From: Desulfobacterales bacterium
Lineage (GTDB): Bacteria > Desulfobacterota > Desulfobacteria > Desulfobacterales > Desulfosalsimonadaceae
Assembly (NCBI GenBank): GCA_046540695.1
Contig: JBKHES010000001.1
Location: forward strand, 25,483-89,482
DNA: 64,000 bases
Direction of reading: 5' to 3'
Shown here: piece by piece, positions 55,591 through 64,000 of the stretch
Layout: every line of letters starts with the position of its first letter
Position numbering within the stretch: position 1 is the first letter of the stretch
Position numbers and translations under genes: made by a program
Notes under the pieces: model-generated
The model's database searches: none
Seen by the model: only the letters and a program-made list of their open reading frames with translations
What the model was told of the DNA's origin: nothing

Positions 55591-58101
55591 TCAATATGAA
55601 TCCGCGCGCGTGCGAAGCCTGTGATTGATCTCAAGTTTTTCAAGAGACATCCGTACCGTGTCTGCGGCCGGAGGGCTTTTTTCAAGGTATTTTTCAAAAT
55701 GGGCGGCTGCCTCATCCGGTTTTTCCAGGCCGGGCAAGGGAAGCACAGCTGCGATGATGCGTTCATGGATAATAGGGTGGAGCGATTCGAGGGCTGACTC
55801 GCTTTCTTTGTACCAGTCCCATAAAAACGGAACCGCAGCCGGGTTGGATGCCATCTGGGCCACGGGTATAAACTTGTTGCGCTCAGGCACTTTTTGAAGG
55901 ATATAGGAAAGTGCTTTTTCAATCACTGCCGGCTCGGAGAAACAGCCCATTGCCCTCAGGCAGTTTATCCTGTCGTGCTCTGACGCCGAGGTCTCCATCC
56001 TTCGGGTGAACCACTCAAAGGTTTTTTCATCCCCGGCCCAGGCTCCGGCCTGCATCGCCCCCCGCATAATGTCGGGATGAACGTCCCTGCCTGCTGCAAG
56101 TTCTTCAAAACGGGAAAGCGCGGCCTCGGTTGTGCCGGATATGTCGAAAATCGAGGCCTGCCAGAGCAAAAGATTTCTAAGCCTTGAAACCCCGTGTGGT
56201 TCCCCCGGTTCAGGGTCATGGCCCACCCGGTTTAAGGCTGCGGTCAGATGCGAGGCTGCACAGGCTGACACTGTTTTACGGGCTTTTCCCCGGGTTGCCA
56301 GCATAAGGTGGTGCAGATTGCTCATCTTGCCTGATATGGGCAAAGGTTCTGATTCGGTCTCGCACCAGCTCAGATGGTCCAGGTATGTCGAAATGTGGAT
56401 GCGGCCTGACACTGCCAGGGCGTAAAGGTCTCCTTCCAGCCCCCACCGGTCTGTTTCCGGCAGGGCGCGGTCCTTTGTCATTTTCTTCAGGCGTTTGAGG
56501 TTTTCAGCGTCTGCGTACCATACCCTGAAGAACCCAGACTGCCTGTCATTAATCTTGTAAGCCTCCACATCATCATCAAGCTCGACCTCGGTTTCAGCAG
56601 AGTCAAACAGCAGTGTTTTCTCGAAGCTTTCCCCGTTTGAGCGATACATGCGGATGCTTGCAGGAATAGGCCAGACATTGCCTTCACCGGACGCAGCAGG
56701 CAGGTAGGTAAACCTCTGCTGGGAAAGCAAAAGGGTGTTTTGCTTTCTTTCTGCGTATACCAATGGATGGCCTGCAAGGGTGATCCATTGGTTCATTATT
56801 TTCTGTACTGGCATGCCGGATTCAGCCTCCATTGCCGCCCACAGGTCATTGCTTGCAGCGCGTCCGTATGAATGGGTATCAAGGAATCTGCAAAGCGAGG
56901 CCCTGAATTTTTCATCGCCAAGGTAATCCTTTATTTGACGGAGGATGCTTCCTCCCTTGCTGTATATTACCGGCGCAGTGGAGCTGTTTATAACCACGTG
57001 ACTGCCTCCGGGAATTTCAATGGAGGTGGTATCTGTAAGCCCGTCACGGCTCATGGCCGGGGCTGTCTGGGATTCGAGAAACTCGTGCCATACCTGCCAG
57101 TCTCCATTAAAAAAATCCACAATCGTGTAGCCGAAAAAGGTTGCAAAACTTTCATTGAGCCACAGGTATTTCCAGTCCTGCGGCGTTACCAGGTTGCCGA
57201 ACCACTGGTGGACTATTTCATGGGCTATGACCTCGCAGATCCTTTCTTCTCCGTCCACAGATGTGTATTGCGGATCATAGCGCAGCAGGTTTTCGCGGAA
57301 AGTGATCGCCCCCCAGTTCTCCATTGCACCGAATGCAAAGTCAGGAACTGCTATCAGGTCCATCTTGGGAAGAGGGTAGGGGAAGGAAAAATAATTTTCG
57401 CAGTAATGAAGGGCCTTTCTGGCAAATGCCAGGCTGTAGTGAATCCCGTTTTCCATGCCTTCCGCCACGACGGCCCTGATACGCCGGTCAAGCTCGTCTG
57501 TTGCGAGTCCGAACCTGCCGACTCCGAAAAACAAAAGGTAGGTGGACATAAGTGGAGTCTGCTGAAACTTGACCTTCCTTTTTCCTTCCTGCAGGCTTGT
57601 CTCTGACTCCACGGGCATGTTGCTCACTGGAGTCATTTCCCTGTCAGTGACAAGACTCAGCTCGAAGCGGGCTTTTGCCCCGGGTTGATCAATGCAGGGA
57701 AAGGCGCGTCTTGCGTCGCTTTCCTGGAACTGGGTCACTGCAATGGTTTCGATTCCCCGGCTGGTTTTGACGGTGCTTTTGTAAAACCCGGCCATTTTTT
57801 CATTTATCCTGCCGTAATAACAGATCCGTATTTCCAGTCCGGCTTCGGCCGGTTCCGGCAGATGTATATCAAGGGTCTCAAAATCAGGGTTTACTGAAAA
57901 CCCGCAGCTTGTCCAGTTGCCGGCAAGCCTGCATTCGCATCGCATAATCGCCAGTTCGGCAATGTTTAGCGTAACCCCTGTTACCTGGCTGCCTGTCTTT
58001 AAGCTCAAAACAAGCTCGCCTGAAAAGTCAAGCCGGTTCAAATCGGGTTCTATGGTGATATTATAAGTTTCCGGATAAACAGAATCTTGCAGTTGCTGCA
58101 T
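55591..58101 (-). CDS. M1-family zinc aminopeptidase (aminopeptidase N-like)
   Basis: GAMENWG, HEIVHQWFGNLV..(18 aa)..WLNESFATF (HExxH-E), and an ERAP1-like C-terminal domain. The start is ATG 58101 (GGGAGG RBS). The upstream 50 aa of the track ORF are AT-rich noise. Confidence 0.92.
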   Translation of the reverse strand: MQQLQDSVYPETYNITIEPDLNRLDFSGELVLSLKTGSQVTGVTLNIAELAIMRCECRLAGNWTSCGFSVNPDFETLDIHLPEPAEAGLEIRICYYGRINEKMAGFYKSTVKTSRGIETIAVTQFQESDARRAFPCIDQPGAKARFELSLVTDREMTPVSNMPVESETSLQEGKRKVKFQQTPLMSTYLLFFGVGRFGLATDELDRRIRAVVAEGMENGIHYSLAFARKALHYCENYFSFPYPLPKMDLIAVPDFAFGAMENWGAITFRENLLRYDPQYTSVDGEERICEVIAHEIVHQWFGNLVTPQDWKYLWLNESFATFFGYTIVDFFNGDWQVWHEFLESQTAPAMSRDGLTDTTSIEIPGGSHVVINSSTAPVIYSKGGSILRQIKDYLGDEKFRASLCRFLDTHSYGRAASNDLWAAMEAESGMPVQKIMNQWITLAGHPLVYAERKQNTLLLSQQRFTYLPAASGEGNVWPIPASIRMYRSNGESFEKTLLFDSAETEVELDDDVEAYKINDRQSGFFRVWYADAENLKRLKKMTKDRALPETDRWGLEGDLYALAVSGRIHISTYLDHLSWCETESEPLPISGKMSNLHHLMLATRGKARKTVSACAASHLTAALNRVGHDPEPGEPHGVSRLRNLLLWQASIFDISGTTEAALSRFEELAAGRDVHPDIMRGAMQAGAWAGDEKTFEWFTRRMETSASEHDRINCLRAMGCFSEPAVIEKALSYILQKVPERNKFIPVAQMASNPAAVPFLWDWYKESESALESLHPIIHERIIAAVLPLPGLEKPDEAAAHFEKYLEKSPPAADTVRMSLEKLEINHRLRTRADSY

Positions 58102-58312
58102 TTGCACGACCTCCCTTATATCTGTAAAGCGGAAAAATATCCGGCAAAGCCTGCCGGATACCCTTCGAATCCCTACAAAATGAACACGGATGGCTTTGGT
58201 ATGCAAGATTTTTGTTTTAATAAGGAAATAAAGAATAGTTTTTGTTTGCATATTTACAAAAAAAAACTATAGTTATATATATAAACCTTTTGCTGACAGC
58301 AAGGAGGGAAAA

Positions 58313-58720
58313 ATGGCAGAAGCAAGTAAAATAAGGCGTAATGTGGCGGTTTCACCCCTTACTGCCGAGCTTATCGATACTGTTGTCGGGATGTCTCCTG
58401 ATCAGCAGCGCGAGCTCCTTTCGGAGTTAACTTCCCGCAGGGGGGAGGCCAGAAGAAGATTTTCAAGGCGGCCCCACAGGGAAGCGGTTCAGTTTTCTGC
58501 AGGGGGGAAACTGTTTGCCGGGGCTGTAAAAAATGTCAGTGATAACGGGCTGTTCGTGGAAACACTCAGGTCGGATCTTCGCAGGCTGGAGCCTGGCGAA
58601 AAGGTCACAATCTCTTTTGAGCACCCCAACAGCAGCGAAAAAAGACATGTTAAACGCAGCGGTGAAATTGCCCGAACCAGCAAGGAAGGAATAGGCATAC
58701 TGCTATATACCCTGTTGTAG
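58313..58720 (+). CDS. PilZ-domain protein (c-di-GMP receptor type)
   Basis: 135 aa. RRRFSRR ... VKNVSDNGLFV matches the RxxxR / (D/N)xSxxG PilZ motifs. AGGAGGG RBS. Confidence 0.75.
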   Translation: MAEASKIRRNVAVSPLTAELIDTVVGMSPDQQRELLSELTSRRGEARRRFSRRPHREAVQFSAGGKLFAGAVKNVSDNGLFVETLRSDLRRLEPGEKVTISFEHPNSSEKRHVKRSGEIARTSKEGIGILLYTLL

Positions 58721-58916
58721 CATTGTCAATTCCCGTATTTTCAAAATCGATACAGCCATCCGGGATGTTATCGGCCTGAACATGAACCTTGCTCCTCCTC
58801 CGGAATCCTCCTCAGATTTCCCCGTTTAAGCGGAAAACTCAGCTATTCATGCTCCTGTTGTTGTTTCTTCCGGAATTGTGCTTGCAAACCTGTTTGTTTT
58901 TCCATAAAAAAACGTC

Positions 58917-59708
58917 ATGGGCTACGTATTCGACTACAATGATGCTGTTGGCTATGAACGCTGGCTTTCAGACAAAAAAAACCGTATCATACTGGATCTG
59001 CAGAGAACTCTGATGATGGAGATGCTCCGTCCGGCATTCGCCCAGAGCCTTCTGGACATAGGGTGCGGAACAGGAGCCAGCCTGGAGCCCTTTCTAAACA
59101 AGGGAATCGACCTTACGGGCATTGACCCGTCTGCCCACATGCTCGAAGCCGCCCGCAGTAACCTGGGCCACCGCGTGGATCTGCACATGGGATACGCGGA
59201 AGAGCTTCCCTTTGACGACAATTTTTTCGATTACACGGTGGTTTTTCTTACCCTGGAGTTCTGCGAGAATCCATTTAAGGCGCTGGAGGAGGCCTGCCGC
59301 GTTACCAGGGACAGGATTTTTGTCGGGATATTCAACAGGTTTTCCCTGTATGCTGCTCATCGCAGGATTGACAGGCTGATTAAAAGATCCGTGTACAGAC
59401 ATGCCAGATTTTTCAGCATCGGCGATGTCAGGAGGATGCTTTTTTATCTGCTGGGCAGGGTGCCTCTTGACTGGCAGACAGTTTTTCAGGTTCCATGGCT
59501 GCCGGCACCCCTGATTTACAGAATGGAATCAGGCGGGGTATTCCGGTCAAGCCCCTTCGGAGGGTTTGCAGGCATAGTGGCCGAGCCGGTTCCCAGATTC
59601 AGGGCGCTTCCCCTGGGCTTAAAATCCGAAGTCCCCAGGAATGCCGCTTCAGGGGAAAGGGTGGCCAGTTGTGCCGGTGACTATAAAAATGAAAAAATAC
59701 GGAATTGA
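58917..59708 (+). CDS. Class I SAM-dependent methyltransferase (Methyltransf_11-like)
   Basis: LLDIGCGTGASLEPF (motif I), acidic loop GIDPS, ..FDYTVVFLTLEF... No obvious RBS. Confidence 0.8.
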   Translation: MGYVFDYNDAVGYERWLSDKKNRIILDLQRTLMMEMLRPAFAQSLLDIGCGTGASLEPFLNKGIDLTGIDPSAHMLEAARSNLGHRVDLHMGYAEELPFDDNFFDYTVVFLTLEFCENPFKALEEACRVTRDRIFVGIFNRFSLYAAHRRIDRLIKRSVYRHARFFSIGDVRRMLFYLLGRVPLDWQTVFQVPWLPAPLIYRMESGGVFRSSPFGGFAGIVAEPVPRFRALPLGLKSEVPRNAASGERVASCAGDYKNEKIRN

Positions 59709-59766
59709 CAATCCGGGCTTGCGATACCAGAATTAATTAAAAGCAAATTTGCAGGAGGATGCACAC

Positions 59767-60783
59767 ATGGAAGCCCGGCTATATGAGCGACAGCAGGAAA
59801 AGGCAGTAAAGTGCAGGCTTTGCAGCCACCATTGCCGGATCAAAGAAGGCAGGCGGGGCATATGCAATGTAAGGGAAAACCGGGAAGGGACTCTTTACTC
59901 TCTGGTATACGACCGGATAATAGCCAGGCATGTAGATCCCATAGAGAAAAAACCCCTTTTTCATTTTTTCCCCAAGAGCCTTGCATATTCCATTGGAACA
60001 GTGGGCTGCAATTTCAGGTGCAAGTTCTGCCAGAATGCTGATATTGCGCACATGGCAACCGACAATCAGGGAAGAATAATCGGCAAGGCCTTTACACCGG
60101 AACAGGTTGCGCAGGAGGCCGAAATCACGGGCTGCACCTCCATTGCCTACACCTACACAGAACCGACTGTCTTTTTCGAGCTGGCGTTTGATTCCGCACG
60201 CATAGCCCATGAAAAAGGCATAAAAAACGTATTTGTCACCAACGGCTACATGACCGAAGAGGCGCTGCAGCAGATACATCCCTACCTGGACGCCGCAAAC
60301 GTGGATCTAAAGGCGTTTACCGAGGAATTTTACCAGAACTATTGCAGCGCAAAGTTAAAACATGTTCTGGCGGCAATGGTGAAGATGAAGGAACTCGGGA
60401 TTTTCATGGAGGTGACCACCCTTTTGATACCCGGTTTAAACGATGATGAAAAGGAGCTTCAGGGTCTTGCAGGATACCTGGTATCAGAGCTCGGGGCTGA
60501 CACGCCCTGGCATGTCAGCCGTTTTCATCCCACCTACAGGCTCACAGACCGGCCATCAACGCCGGTGGAAACGCTGAAGAGGGCCCGCGATATAGGCATG
60601 GCCGAGGGTCTGAAATATGTCTACACCGGCAATATTCCGGGAGAGGCCACGGAAAGTACTTATTGTCATCAATGCGGGGCCTGCGTTATCGCAAGAAAAG
60701 GATTTTCCGTAATAGAAAACCGCGTGGAAAACAACAGTTGTCCTGATTGCAGTGCAAAGATACACGGGGTGGGGCTTTCGTAA
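59767..60783 (+). CDS. AmmeMemoRadiSam-system-type radical SAM enzyme
   Basis: VKCRLCSHHCRIKEGRRGICNVRENREGTLYSLVY..VDPIEKKPLFHFFP..GTVGCNFRCKFCQN matches the TIGR04337-type signature as I recall it. I use ATG 59767. Confidence 0.85.
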   Translation: MEARLYERQQEKAVKCRLCSHHCRIKEGRRGICNVRENREGTLYSLVYDRIIARHVDPIEKKPLFHFFPKSLAYSIGTVGCNFRCKFCQNADIAHMATDNQGRIIGKAFTPEQVAQEAEITGCTSIAYTYTEPTVFFELAFDSARIAHEKGIKNVFVTNGYMTEEALQQIHPYLDAANVDLKAFTEEFYQNYCSAKLKHVLAAMVKMKELGIFMEVTTLLIPGLNDDEKELQGLAGYLVSELGADTPWHVSRFHPTYRLTDRPSTPVETLKRARDIGMAEGLKYVYTGNIPGEATESTYCHQCGACVIARKGFSVIENRVENNSCPDCSAKIHGVGLS

Positions 60784-61833
60784 TTGGCTGCAGAGTACGA
60801 AAAAACCCCTGAATGGAAAACCCTCCTGTCAAAGAGCCTTACAAGTCCGTCGGACCTGGCGGCCGCGCTGGGGATTTCAGAAAACGGAATCCGCGATGTT
60901 GTTTCGACTTATCCCTTCCGCATCAACCCTTATGCTCTTGATCTGATCCGGACTGCCGGCGATCCCGTGCGGCGTCAGCTTGTACCCGACACGGCGGAGC
61001 TCGACGAGTCGGGATTGGCAGACGGCGATCCTCTGTGCGAGGAGGATCAGGAACCGGTTGCCGGCATTATACACAGGTATCCGGACCGTGTGGTCTTTCT
61101 GGTGTCAGACAGATGTGCAGCCTATTGCAGGCACTGCATGCGTAAAAGGCGGGTGGGCGGAAAACGACGGATCAAAATTTCTGCCGGCCTTGACTATATT
61201 GCTGCTGATCCCGGTATAAAGGAGGTCATCCTTTCAGGCGGAGACCCCCTGCTGCTTGACGACAACAGGCTTTTTGAACTCCTGTCAGCCATCCGTTCCA
61301 CAGATCATGTGGAGCTGGTAAGGATACATACCAGAACCCCTGCAATGCTGCCCCAGCGGATAACCCGGGAGCTTGCCCGGGGACTTGCCCGTTTTCATCC
61401 GGTTTACGTGAATATTCAGTTCAATCACCCGGCGGAGCTAACCGCGCAGGCGGTTTCAGCCTGCTGCATGCTTGCTGATGCAGGCATCCCCCTTGGATCG
61501 CAGACCGTGCTGCTAGCCGGGGTCAACGATGATGCCGAGACAATGGGAGTATTGATGCGCAGGCTTCTTTTTGCAAGAGTCCGCCCCTATTATCTGCACC
61601 ACCCTGACCCTGTAAAGGGGACTGCGCATTTCCGCGTGCCTCCGGAAAAAGGCCTGGAAATTCTGGAGTCAATGCGGGGAAGGATTTCCGGTACGGGAAT
61701 ACCGCATTACATGATCGACCTGCCCGGCGGAGGCGGCAAGGTGCCGCTTTTGCCGGGGTATGAAGTCGATAATACAGGTAGGCGGCTTGTGGTGTACAAC
61801 TTCGAAAAAAAGCGCTACACTTACCCATTGTAA
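60784..61833 (+). CDS. KamA-family radical SAM/PLP aminomutase (lysine 2,3-aminomutase-like, short form)
   Basis: SDRCAAYCRHCMRKR (CxxxCxxC), SGGDPLLL, PYYLHHPDPVKGTAHF, and IDLPGGGGKVPL (PLP-Lys context as in KamA). TTG start immediately after the preceding stop. Confidence 0.88.
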   Translation: MAAEYEKTPEWKTLLSKSLTSPSDLAAALGISENGIRDVVSTYPFRINPYALDLIRTAGDPVRRQLVPDTAELDESGLADGDPLCEEDQEPVAGIIHRYPDRVVFLVSDRCAAYCRHCMRKRRVGGKRRIKISAGLDYIAADPGIKEVILSGGDPLLLDDNRLFELLSAIRSTDHVELVRIHTRTPAMLPQRITRELARGLARFHPVYVNIQFNHPAELTAQAVSACCMLADAGIPLGSQTVLLAGVNDDAETMGVLMRRLLFARVRPYYLHHPDPVKGTAHFRVPPEKGLEILESMRGRISGTGIPHYMIDLPGGGGKVPLLPGYEVDNTGRRLVVYNFEKKRYTYPL

Positions 61834-61867
61834 TTCAGGAATTATTCACCAGTTTTATGGAGAAAAA

Positions 61868-63583
61868 ATGATACCCCAGTCTGATGACACATATGCGGAA
61901 TTTTCGCTTGCAGACAGGTCGCGTCTGGCCATACGCACCTTTAAGACAATTGCGGACGCAGCGCTTTTGAGGGGATATTACCGGATGGGAGGACGCACCG
62001 GCAACACCCTGGAAAGCGCGTTAAGGACTCTCAGCCCGGAGATTTACGGATCAATGAACGATCCGAGAAGCATTGAGCTCAAAGGCCTTGAATATGTGAT
62101 AGACAGGCTGCCCCGTGGCACGGAGGCCTGCAACAGGATCGTTATGACGGGACGCGAGGACTATGCGGGCGCAAGCTTTGAAAAAATCCAGCCCCCCAAG
62201 CGCAGGAGGCTGTCATACCGCATAAGTGACCTGGAGATGAGTTTCGTTGTAACCAGGGGGCACAGCGAGATATACGATATTCTGACTCACCTGACATTTC
62301 TTTACGTGGAGGCCAGGAAGGTGCAGAACAGGATGCGCGACGATTACGGCCGCATCACCACGGAGTGGCGCGTTCTGGAAAGGGATCTTTCCTGCACTGA
62401 CGAGATGTGCGGCAGGGATCTCGACCAAGCCCTCTGGAATCTCAGCCTGATTCTGGGCAGGACATTTGACGAAACAAAGGCCGCCTACATGTACCTGGAA
62501 GAGGGCCGGAGGGAGTCGAATGCCAACAGCGGCCTTTTCAACATCATCCATAACATGGGAAAGAGCGCCGACAGCGAGCTTCAGGAAAAAGATCAGTCAG
62601 TGGCGGTGCATTTCACTCCTTCGCTCAGTGCACTTATATTAAACCGCACCCATGCCAGAAAGTGGGCGGCAGCGGTTAAGTCAAGCCTTTGTGAACTGGG
62701 CCTGGAAAAGCGTCCCCTGCATGTAATCAGCGCAAACATGCACAGCGTGGTAAACCTGCTCTATGGTTACGCAGCCGAGGGGGGGAAGCAGGAATCAGCC
62801 GAATGCCGGGATATTTACGATTTTGCGGGGTTGCTCCGCGGTCTGGGCGACAGGGTTGACGCGTTTGCCTGCGAGAACGGATGCTGCAGGCTGACAGATA
62901 AAAGCGGCTCTCAGATAGACTGCCAGATAATAGATACCCTCGCATTGTTAAATATTGAAGCCCATCCCGGGCTGTGTCTTGACAAAGAGCGGATTGAAAA
63001 GGAAAAGCCCGTGATCCTGGTCATGGATTACGCATTTGGCGAACAGGCCTTTGAGGTCATGGATGAACTTCTTTATCCATGGGAGGAAAACGGCCGCCAG
63101 CACAACTTAAATGCAGAGTCCATTTCCGTTATAGGCAAGGCGGGCATACTTCCCGGCAAAAAGGGAGATATAATGCTTGCCACTGCTCACGTGCTTGAGG
63201 GGACGCCGCACAATTACATAATAAAAAATGACCTGCGCAAAGATGATTTCAATGCAGAGGCGGATATCTATACCGGGCCGCTCATAACTGTGCTTGGTAC
63301 TTCCCTTCAAAACAGGCATGTCCTGGAAAAATTCCAGGCTTCAACCTGGCGGGCTGTGGGTCTCGAGATGGAGGGCGGACATTATCAGAGGGCTATAAAC
63401 GCAGCAGTTATCCGGGGTCATGTCTCAGAGGAGTTAAAAGTAATGTATGCCTATTACGCATCTGACAATCCGCTTAAAAGCGGACAAACCCTCGCCTCGG
63501 GAAGCATGGGAGAAGAAGGCATAAAGCCCACCTACCTGATTACCCGCGTTATCATTGAAAAGCTACTCGGCCCGTGCCGGTAG
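61868..63583 (+). CDS. Uncharacterised 571-aa protein with a C-terminal nucleoside-phosphorylase-superfamily-like (PNP_UDP_1-like) domain
   Basis: I recognise no family for the N-terminal ~380 aa. The C-terminal block VILVMDYAFGEQ..VIGKAGILPGKKGDIMLATAHV..GPLITVLGTS..AVGLEMEGGHY resembles the MTAN/AMP-nucleosidase fold pattern. ATG 61868 sits after GGAG. The track start 61760 overlaps kamA. Confidence 0.7.
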   Translation: MIPQSDDTYAEFSLADRSRLAIRTFKTIADAALLRGYYRMGGRTGNTLESALRTLSPEIYGSMNDPRSIELKGLEYVIDRLPRGTEACNRIVMTGREDYAGASFEKIQPPKRRRLSYRISDLEMSFVVTRGHSEIYDILTHLTFLYVEARKVQNRMRDDYGRITTEWRVLERDLSCTDEMCGRDLDQALWNLSLILGRTFDETKAAYMYLEEGRRESNANSGLFNIIHNMGKSADSELQEKDQSVAVHFTPSLSALILNRTHARKWAAAVKSSLCELGLEKRPLHVISANMHSVVNLLYGYAAEGGKQESAECRDIYDFAGLLRGLGDRVDAFACENGCCRLTDKSGSQIDCQIIDTLALLNIEAHPGLCLDKERIEKEKPVILVMDYAFGEQAFEVMDELLYPWEENGRQHNLNAESISVIGKAGILPGKKGDIMLATAHVLEGTPHNYIIKNDLRKDDFNAEADIYTGPLITVLGTSLQNRHVLEKFQASTWRAVGLEMEGGHYQRAINAAVIRGHVSEELKVMYAYYASDNPLKSGQTLASGSMGEEGIKPTYLITRVIIEKLLGPCR

Positions 63584-63592
63584 ATGTGCACA

Positions 63593-64000
63593 TCAGTGGC
63601 ATACCCCGCATTTTTCAACCCCGCTGCCGGTGTCCTGCCGGGGGACATGTCTGGCGCCGGTGATGGTCGGTTTGAACCTGTCAGAACGCCTGGCTTTTTT
63701 TTCAAGCGACATTATTGCGGCCAGTGCGAGAAAGAACCCGCCAAATCCCGTTACTGCTGAAAACACAGAGGCGTCAAAGCCGAAGCCCGCTGCTGTTTCG
63801 TTACCTATAATCGCTCCTGCGAGCAAAGCGATTATGGGGAATATGTAGAGCAGCAAGGAAAGCTGCAGCATTTTGCCGCTGGCAAATTCCAGTGTAACCC
63901 TGTCTCCGACCCTTGCATGAACTGGATTCAGGGCCTCTATTTCCATTTCCTTGCCGCCTCCCATGCTGTGGCAGGTGCTTTTTTCCGAGCAGCCTTCACA
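63593..64000 (-). CDS. rseC: RseC/MucC-family (SoxR-reducing system) protein, C-terminal part (start lies beyond the window end)
   Basis: The frame stays open upstream of the track's Met to the window edge (CEGCSEKSTCHSMGGG..), giving the Cys-rich N-terminus. It continues ..ALNPVHARVGDRVTLEF.. plus two TM helices, the typical RseC layout. Confidence 0.7.
   Translation of the reverse strand, partial: CEGCSEKSTCHSMGGGKEMEIEALNPVHARVGDRVTLEFASGKMLQLSLLLYIFPIIALLAGAIIGNETAAGFGFDASVFSAVTGFGGFFLALAAIMSLEKKARRSDRFKPTITGARHVPRQDTGSGVEKCGVCH

Noticed and set aside
55560-55922. 121-aa N-terminal extension of the dapF-like ORF in the track.
   Set aside because: It overlaps the 3' end of the aminopeptidase gene and has no DapF homology. 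DapF homology begins exactly at Met 55559 (MKFFKYHGLGNDY).
58191-58206. TGGCTTTGGTATGCAA, sigma-54-like, in the aminopeptidase/PilZ divergent region.
   Set aside because: The GG-to-GC spacing is one nucleotide short of canonical, which normally abolishes sigma-54 promoter function.
58102-58251. 50-aa N-terminal extension of the aminopeptidase ORF. A similar extension of moeA lies at 54668-54760.
   Set aside because: The extensions are AT-rich or non-homologous. Internal ATGs with good RBSs coincide with the start of family homology.
1-64000. Whole-window scan for CRISPR arrays, IS elements or transposases, toxin-antitoxin or restriction/defence gene signatures, and rRNA genes.
   Set aside because: I found no regularly spaced direct repeats, no transposase or integrase motifs, no typical defence-system domains and no rRNA-like sequence. 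The window reads as core chromosome.

Overview
The window looks like a chromosomal, mostly housekeeping segment from a Desulfobacterota (deltaproteobacterial anaerobe)-type genome. That placement is inferred from gene content: sigma-54 regulators, a c3-type multihaem cytochrome next to rnf, and a membrane pyrophosphatase. I support about 57 protein genes and one tRNA. I saw no rRNA, CRISPR array, transposase, integrase or prophage signal.

Layout:
(i) 1-7087, minus strand: a eukaryote-type AdoMetDC gene, an NtrC-type sigma-54 activator, then a good sigma-54 promoter driving a receiver protein, three universal-stress-protein (USP) genes, a cytidylate-kinase-like/USP-like membrane protein and a TauE-like exporter.
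(ii) 7269-10853: a beta-CASP MBL hydrolase, a FAD protein and a second cytidylate-kinase-like protein.
(iii) 11410-28432, plus strand: a complete dcw cluster, mraZ-rsmH-ftsL-ftsI-murE-murF-mraY-murD-ftsW-murG-murC-murB-ftsQ-ftsA-ftsZ. There is no ddl, and murB sits in the cluster. Candidate MraZ operator boxes lie upstream.
(iv) 28555-35584: a membrane-anchored octahaem cytochrome c followed by rnfCDGEA and an rnfB fused to a GltD-like NAD(P)H flavoprotein.
(v) 36332-58101, minus strand: core genes rluD, carD, hppA, pth, rplY, prs, tRNA-Gln, ispE, htrA, serA, a GGDEF protein, a PMM/PGM-family phosphohexomutase, rtcB plus archease, two moeA paralogues, a dapF-like gene and an M1 aminopeptidase.
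(vi) 58313-63583, plus strand: a PilZ protein, a SAM methyltransferase, an AmmeMemoRadiSam-type radical SAM enzyme, a KamA-type aminomutase and a large uncharacterised protein with a nucleoside-phosphorylase-like C-terminus. A partial rseC follows on the minus strand.

I see no obvious planted or defence-type system. The best candidates for something undescribed are these:
- The apparently rewired Rnf locus. RnfC lacks the NuoF-like FMN/NADH motifs, the RnfD flavinylation Thr appears replaced by Tyr, and RnfB carries a GltD-like module.
- A DapF-fold protein with both catalytic Cys replaced by Ser.
- The sigma-54/USP operon.
- The radical-SAM/KamA/phosphorylase-like trio.

All homology calls come from motif recognition by eye. 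No database search was possible.
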